The notes under the pieces: model-generated
Database searches by the model: none
Told to the model about the DNA's origin: nothing
Seen by the model: the letters and a program-made list of their open reading frames with translations, nothing else
NCBI RefSeq assembly: GCF_035444905.1
Contig: NZ_DAOMPS010000014.1
Location: 4,439 to 68,438 of the forward strand
Source: Thauera sp.
Lineage (GTDB): Bacteria; Pseudomonadota; Gammaproteobacteria; Burkholderiales; Rhodocyclaceae
Length of the DNA: 64,000 bases
Direction: 5' to 3'
Position numbers and translations under genes: made by a program
Part shown: piece by piece, positions 59,197 through 64,000 of the stretch
Numbering within the stretch: position 1 is the stretch's first letter
How the letters are laid out: every line of letters begins with the position of its first letter

Positions 59197-60297
59197 TTAC
59201 GCGGCCTCCTTGATGAGTTCGTCCGCCAGGCATGCGCGCCAGGCGTGTTCGCTGCCGATGAGCTGGCCGAGGTGGCGGGCGCGGCGGTAGTGGAGATGGC
59301 AGTCCATCTCCCAGGTGAAGCCGATGCCGCCGTGCAGCTCGATGCCTTCCTCGGCGGCGACCACGTAGGCGCGGGTGGCGGACACGCGCGCGGCGGCGGC
59401 GGCCTTGGGCAGTTCGGGCGCGTCGGAGGACAGCGCCCAGGCGCCGTAGTAGGCGTGCACCCGGGCCAGCTCGATCGCGGTGTAGATCTCGGCCATCCTG
59501 TGCTTGAGGGCCTGGAAGCTGCCGATCTGGCGGCCGAAGGCCTTGCGCTCGAGCGAGTAGTCGCGGGTCGCCTCCAGGATGCGGGCGGCACCGCCAACCT
59601 GCTCGAAGGCGAGCAGCACGGCGGCGCCGTCGAGCACGCGGGCGGCCACGGTGGCAGCATTGGTGGCAGCGTCGGCGGCCGGCAGGCGTTCGGCAGGCGT
59701 GCGATCGAAGTGGAGCGCGGCGAGCGGGCGGGTGGGGTCGAGCGTGGGCACGGGCCTGCGGCTCACGCCGGCGCCGGCGAGATCGACCAGGACCAGCTCG
59801 TCGGCCACCCGCAGCACAGCCAGCCCGGCGATGCCGCCGTCGACCAGCGCCGGGCTGGTGCCGGTGAGCGTCGCGCCGTCGAAGGCGAGCGGGGCAGGGG
59901 TGCGATAGCGCTCGCGGCTGCCCAGCGCGGCGGTGGCGACCAGCTCGCCGCCGGCGATCTTCGGCAGCCAGCGCTGCTTCTGCGCATCGCTGCCGGCGCG
60001 CAGGATGGCCTCGGCCGCCAGGTAGAAGCTGGACGAGAGGGGCACGGCGGCAAGGTGGCGGCCGGCTTCCTCGGCAACCAGGCACAGTTCCAGGTAGCCC
60101 AGTCCGGCGCCGCCGTATTGCTCGGGGATGGCGGCGGCGGCCGCGCCCATCTCGATCAGGTTGAGCCAGACGGCTTCGGAATGGCTCGCCCGCCCCTCGA
60201 GCACCTCGCGCACCGCCTGCGAGGTGCTGGTGTCGGCGAGCATGGTGCGCACTGCGTCCTGCAGCAGGCGCTGATCGTCGGAAAAATCGAAGTTCAC
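59197..60297 (-). CDS. Acyl-CoA dehydrogenase-fold partner subunit (no GTxEIQ motif)
   Basis: GTG start with GGAGTAAAGC upstream. It has IELHGGIGFTWEMDCHLHYRRARH. Confidence 0.88.
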   Translation of the reverse strand: MNFDFSDDQRLLQDAVRTMLADTSTSQAVREVLEGRASHSEAVWLNLIEMGAAAAAIPEQYGGAGLGYLELCLVAEEAGRHLAAVPLSSSFYLAAEAILRAGSDAQKQRWLPKIAGGELVATAALGSRERYRTPAPLAFDGATLTGTSPALVDGGIAGLAVLRVADELVLVDLAGAGVSRRPVPTLDPTRPLAALHFDRTPAERLPAADAATNAATVAARVLDGAAVLLAFEQVGGAARILEATRDYSLERKAFGRQIGSFQALKHRMAEIYTAIELARVHAYYGAWALSSDAPELPKAAAAARVSATRAYVVAAEEGIELHGGIGFTWEMDCHLHYRRARHLGQLIGSEHAWRACLADELIKEAA

Positions 60298-60373
60298 GCT
60301 TTACTCCTTGGCAAGCCGCCGCCGGCTCCCTGGAGAGGCGGCGGCGGATGCGGGTTTCGTGGGGTGGGGCCGG

Positions 60374-62557
60374 TCAGCGCACGGCGGCCGGCGGGGTGAC
60401 GCGGTTGGCGCCGTAGAAGCGCTGCCCGCGGGCCGCCATGTCACGCAGCAGCTGCGGTGCGGCGTACTGCTCGCCGTAGCGCGCGGCCAGGCGGTCGCAC
60501 TCGGCCACCACCTTGTCGAGCCCGATCGTGTCCATCATCGAGAATGGGCCGCCGAGGTAGGCCGGGAAGCCGACGCCGAGGATGGAGCCCACGTCGCCGT
60601 CGGCAGGGTCGATCACCACGCCCTCGGCCATCGCCTTGGCGGCATCGACGAGCTGGGCATAGAGCATGCGCGCCTTCACCTCCTCCACGCCGGGCTGCTC
60701 GGCGAGCGGCGGGAACAGTTCGGCCAGGCCGGACCACAGCTTCTTGCTGCCGTCTGCGGCGTATTCGAAGAAGCCCTTGCCGTTCTTGCGGCCGTGGCGG
60801 CCGAGCTCGCCGACGAGCTTTTCCACCAGGCGGAAGGTGGGCGTCGGCTTGAAGGCCTCGCCCTCGTCCTTCTTGCGCTGCTGGCTGGCGTGGTAGGCGG
60901 TGTCGAGGCCGATTTCGTCGGACACGGTGAGCGGGCCGACCGGGATGCCGGCCATCTTCGCTGCGTTCTCGATCAGCGCCGGATTCACGCCTTCGGTGAC
61001 CATGGCCAGGCTCTCGTTGATGTAGGCGCCGATGAAGCGGCTGGTGAAGAAGCCCGGACCGTCGTTGACCACGATCGGCGTCTTCTTCATCGCCTGCACC
61101 AGGTCGAGCGCGCGCGCCAGGGTCTCGGGCGAGGTCTTGCGGCCGCGGATGACCTCGACTAGCGGCATGCGCTCCACCGGCGAGAAGAAGTGCATGCCGA
61201 TGAAGTTCTCCGGGTGGGCGCCGGCCTCGGCCAGCTCGCTGATCGGCAGCGCCGATGTGTTGGAGGCGATCACCGCATGCGGCGGCAGTACGGCGTCGAG
61301 CTTGCACGTGATCTCGGCCTTGAGGCCGCGGTCCTCGAACACCGCCTCCACCACCAGCTCGACGTCGGCCAGGCCGGCGTAGTCGGTGGTGGGGTGGATG
61401 CGGGCGAGGATGGCGTCGGCCTTGTCCTGCGTCATGCGGCCCTTGGCGATGTCCTTCTCCAGGCGCTTGCTGGAATAGGCCTTGCCCTTGTCGGCGGCGG
61501 CCTGGTCGCGGTCGATCAGCACCGTCTCGATGCCGAGCCTGGCGCAGTGGTAGGCGATGCCCGCGCCCATCAGGCCGGCGCCGACGACGCCGATCTTACG
61601 GAAAGTCGTCTTCGGCACGCCTTCGGGGCGGTGCATCAGCTTGTCCGCCTTGCCCTTGTTGATGAAGAGCGTGCGGATCATGTTGCGCGACACCGGGTCG
61701 AGCTGGAGCAGGGTGAAGTACTTGGCCTCGACCTCGAGCGCCTTGTCCATCGGCAGCTGCGGGCCCTCGTACAGGCAGGACAGGATGGCCTTGGGGGCAG
61801 GCAGGTTGTGGAAGGTCTTGGCCTGCAGCATGGCGTTGCTGACCACCAGCATCTGCGCGACCGCAGGGGCTGACGGGCCGGCGCCGCCGGGCACCTTGAA
61901 ACCCTTCTTGTCCCAGGGCTGCACCGGGTCGCCTTGCTCGAGCAGCCAGCGCTTCGCCTCGGCGAGCAGCTCGCCGGCGGGCACGACCTTGTGCACCAGC
62001 CCCATCTTCAGCGCCTTCTCGGCGGACAGGGCCTGGCCTTCCATCACCACCGGCATCGCCGCCTGGATGCCGATCAGGCGCGATACGCGCTGGGTGCCGC
62101 CGCCGCCGGGCAGCAGGCCGACCTGCACTTCAGGCAGGCCGAGCTGGATGCCGCGGGCGTCGGAGACCACGCGGTAGTGGCAGGCGAGCGCGATCTCGGT
62201 GCCGCCGCCCAGCGCCGTGCCGTTGATGGCGCAGGCCACCGGCTTGCCGCAGGTCTCCATGCGGCGCAGCAGCTTCGACAGCGAGGCGTTCATCTGCAGG
62301 CGCTTGGCCACCGGGATTTCGTCCGCCTTGTCGAGGTTGGCCTCCATCTCCTTGAGGTCGGCGCCGGCGGCGAACACCGGCTTGCCCGAGGTGAAGATGG
62401 CGCCCTTGATGGCGTCGTCGGTGGCGAGGCGCTCGATCGCGGCCTCGATCTCGGCCATGAACTTCGTGTCCATGGTGTTCATCGCGCTGTCGCTGCGATC
62501 GAAGAGCAGGGTGGCGATGCCGTCGGCGTCCACCGTGATGTGGATGACTTCAGTCAT
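60374..62557 (-). CDS. FadB/FadJ-type bifunctional enoyl-CoA hydratase / 3-hydroxyacyl-CoA dehydrogenase
   Basis: 727 aa. The N-terminal crotonase part has [10 protein letters not shown] and [16 protein letters not shown]. The central Rossmann part has [11 protein letters not shown], followed by a C-terminal HACD region. Confidence 0.93.
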   Translation of the reverse strand: MTEVIHITVDADGIATLLFDRSDSAMNTMDTKFMAEIEAAIERLATDDAIKGAIFTSGKPVFAAGADLKEMEANLDKADEIPVAKRLQMNASLSKLLRRMETCGKPVACAINGTALGGGTEIALACHYRVVSDARGIQLGLPEVQVGLLPGGGGTQRVSRLIGIQAAMPVVMEGQALSAEKALKMGLVHKVVPAGELLAEAKRWLLEQGDPVQPWDKKGFKVPGGAGPSAPAVAQMLVVSNAMLQAKTFHNLPAPKAILSCLYEGPQLPMDKALEVEAKYFTLLQLDPVSRNMIRTLFINKGKADKLMHRPEGVPKTTFRKIGVVGAGLMGAGIAYHCARLGIETVLIDRDQAAADKGKAYSSKRLEKDIAKGRMTQDKADAILARIHPTTDYAGLADVELVVEAVFEDRGLKAEITCKLDAVLPPHAVIASNTSALPISELAEAGAHPENFIGMHFFSPVERMPLVEVIRGRKTSPETLARALDLVQAMKKTPIVVNDGPGFFTSRFIGAYINESLAMVTEGVNPALIENAAKMAGIPVGPLTVSDEIGLDTAYHASQQRKKDEGEAFKPTPTFRLVEKLVGELGRHGRKNGKGFFEYAADGSKKLWSGLAELFPPLAEQPGVEEVKARMLYAQLVDAAKAMAEGVVIDPADGDVGSILGVGFPAYLGGPFSMMDTIGLDKVVAECDRLAARYGEQYAAPQLLRDMAARGQRFYGANRVTPPAAVR

Positions 62558-62590
62558 GTCGGTCGATTCCTTGATGTGGTCCGGTGGCGC

Positions 62591-63799
62591 TCAGACGAGC
62601 TCGATGATGGTGGCGGTGCCCATGCCGGCGGCCTCGCACAGCGTGACCAGGCCGGTGCCGACCTGGCGGCGCTCCATCTCGTCGAGCAGGGTGCCGAGGA
62701 TCATGGCGCCGGTCGCGCCCAGCGGGTGGCCCATGGCGATGGCGCCACCATTGACGTTGATGCGGTCGTGAGGGACCTTGAGGCGCTCCATCAGGCACAG
62801 CACGACCGAGGAGAAGGCTTCGTTGAGCTCCCACAGGCCGATGTCGGAGGCGGTCATGCCGGCCTTCTTCAGCGCCTTCTGCGCGGCGTAGCTGGGGGCG
62901 TCGAGCATCAGCGTCGGCTCGGAGCCGACGGTGGCGACCGAGCGGATGCGCGCGCGCGGCTTGAGGCCGGCGCGCTTGCCGGCTTCGGCATTGCCCACCA
63001 GCACGGCGGCGGCGCCATCGACGATGCCCGAGCTGTTGCCGGCGTGGTGCATGTGGGTAATCGCTTCGAGCTGCGGGTACTTGAGCAGCGCGACGCCGTC
63101 GAAGCCGTACTGCGTGCCCATCTCGAGGAAGGCGGGCTTGAGCGCGGCGAGCGATTCCAGCGTGGTCTCGGGGCGGATCGCCTCGTCCTTCGCCAGCACC
63201 GGCAGGCCGAGCACGTCCTTGACCGCCACCACCGAGCGGTCGAACCAGCCATTGGCCCAGGCCTGGGCGGCACGGCGCTGGCTCTCCACCGCATAGGCGT
63301 CGCACTGTTCGCGGGTGAAGCCATGCAGCGTGGCGAGCAGGTCGGCGCTGACGCCCTGCATGGTGAAATACATCTTGAACGCGACCTGCGGGTCGAGTGC
63401 CATGGCGCCGCCATCGCTGCCCATCGGCACGCGCGACATGCTCTCCACGCCGCCGCCGATCACCATGTCGACCTGGCCCGAGCCTACCTTGGCGGCGGCG
63501 AAATTCACCGCCTCCAGGCCCGAGCCGCAGTAGCGGTTGAGCTGCATGCCGGGCACGCCGTGGTCGAAACCGGCCACCAGCGCGGTGACGCGGGCGATGT
63601 TGCCGCCCTGTTCGCCCACCGGCACCACGCAGCCAAGGAGCACGTCCTCGATCAGTCGGCTGTCGAGCTGGTTGCGGTCGCGCACCGCCTGCAGCATCTG
63701 GGCGGCGAGTTGAACCGGGGTGATCTCGGCGAGGGCGCCGTCGGCCTTGCCTTTGCCGCGCGGGCTGCGCACGTGGTCGTAGATGAAGACGTCGGTCAT
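62591..63799 (-). CDS. Thiolase (3-ketoacyl-CoA thiolase, FadA/FadI-like)
   Basis: Track ORF 62591..63931 trimmed to ATG 63799 (ccaaggacagtc upstream). It has [27 protein letters not shown] and CEAAGMGTA. Confidence 0.93.
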   Translation of the reverse strand: MTDVFIYDHVRSPRGKGKADGALAEITPVQLAAQMLQAVRDRNQLDSRLIEDVLLGCVVPVGEQGGNIARVTALVAGFDHGVPGMQLNRYCGSGLEAVNFAAAKVGSGQVDMVIGGGVESMSRVPMGSDGGAMALDPQVAFKMYFTMQGVSADLLATLHGFTREQCDAYAVESQRRAAQAWANGWFDRSVVAVKDVLGLPVLAKDEAIRPETTLESLAALKPAFLEMGTQYGFDGVALLKYPQLEAITHMHHAGNSSGIVDGAAAVLVGNAEAGKRAGLKPRARIRSVATVGSEPTLMLDAPSYAAQKALKKAGMTASDIGLWELNEAFSSVVLCLMERLKVPHDRINVNGGAIAMGHPLGATGAMILGTLLDEMERRQVGTGLVTLCEAAGMGTATIIELV

Positions 63800-63885
63800 G
63801 ACTGTCCTTGGATGATTGCGATGATCGGGGCCGCCCGTCGTGCTGCGGACATGGGCCGCAGGGCGGCGCCGGGGCGCCGTTGGGC

Positions 63886-63904
63886 GGATTGGCAAAAGCA
63901 ATCC
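63886..63904. promoter_or_regulatory. Inverted repeat GGATTG-N7-CAATCC upstream of the thiolase/FadB operon
   Basis: GGATTGgcaaaagCAATCC lies 87 bp upstream of ATG 63799. It is a single occurrence and its function is unknown. Confidence 0.25.
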
Positions 63905-64000
63905 TAGGGGAAGCGCGGCGCACCCGAGCAAAGATGAGCAGGAAACCGAACGGCGTCGGTTTATGATGTCTATCTCGCTGAAAGGAAAACTGTTTTTTGC

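Noticed and set aside
63943-64000. Hairpin AAACCGA-acggcg-TCGGTTT and a T-run at the extreme right edge
   Set aside because: It is too close to the window end to assign to any gene. The flanking context is missing.

Overview
High-GC (about two-thirds G+C by eye) proteobacterial chromosomal segment. It is dominated by a steroid/bile-acid-type catabolic supercluster. No rRNA, tRNA, CRISPR array, transposase or integrase was seen.

Catabolic content on both strands:
- Side-chain activation and beta-oxidation: FATP-like and FadD-like CoA ligases, a thiolase-like protein paired with a DUF35-MaoC fusion, a FadB-type enzyme, thiolases and a family III CoA-transferase/racemase.
- Three adjacent acyl-CoA dehydrogenase pairs, each with one catalytic-base-containing and one catalytic-base-lacking member.
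- Ring opening: a KshA-like Rieske oxygenase and a type I extradiol dioxygenase.
- A ring C/D-type block: IpdAB-like CoA-transferase, crotonases, two NMO-family reductases, SDRs and thiolases.
- Accessory functions: a Ser-type sulfatase with its radical-SAM maturase, a Tat-signal amidase, a TetR gene, and a GMC oxidoreductase plus aldehyde dehydrogenase.
- Transport: a DUF1329/DUF1302 outer-membrane pair and a partial MFS transporter.

Two accessory insertions interrupt the cluster exactly at operon boundaries:
- About 1.6 kb carrying a Fic-domain gene whose catalytic motif is degenerate.
- About 9.9 kb forming a toxin-antitoxin/restriction island: parDE, vapBC, DUF4160-DUF2442, type I hsdRMS and hipBA.

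Most notable non-gene signals:
- A recurring imperfect palindrome T(A/C)GTC-N6-GACGA lies upstream of at least five catabolic transcription units.
- A roughly 138-bp direct repeat shows that the 3-prime end of hsdS is fused in frame to a parD fragment next to a parE stump.
- The parE toxin frame has ATC where its start codon should be.
- Three 50-bp-phased palindromes lie upstream of hipB.
- 12-bp-phased TTGCCGG heptamers lie between hsdR and hsdM.

All functional calls come from reading motifs in the supplied translations. No database search was possible.
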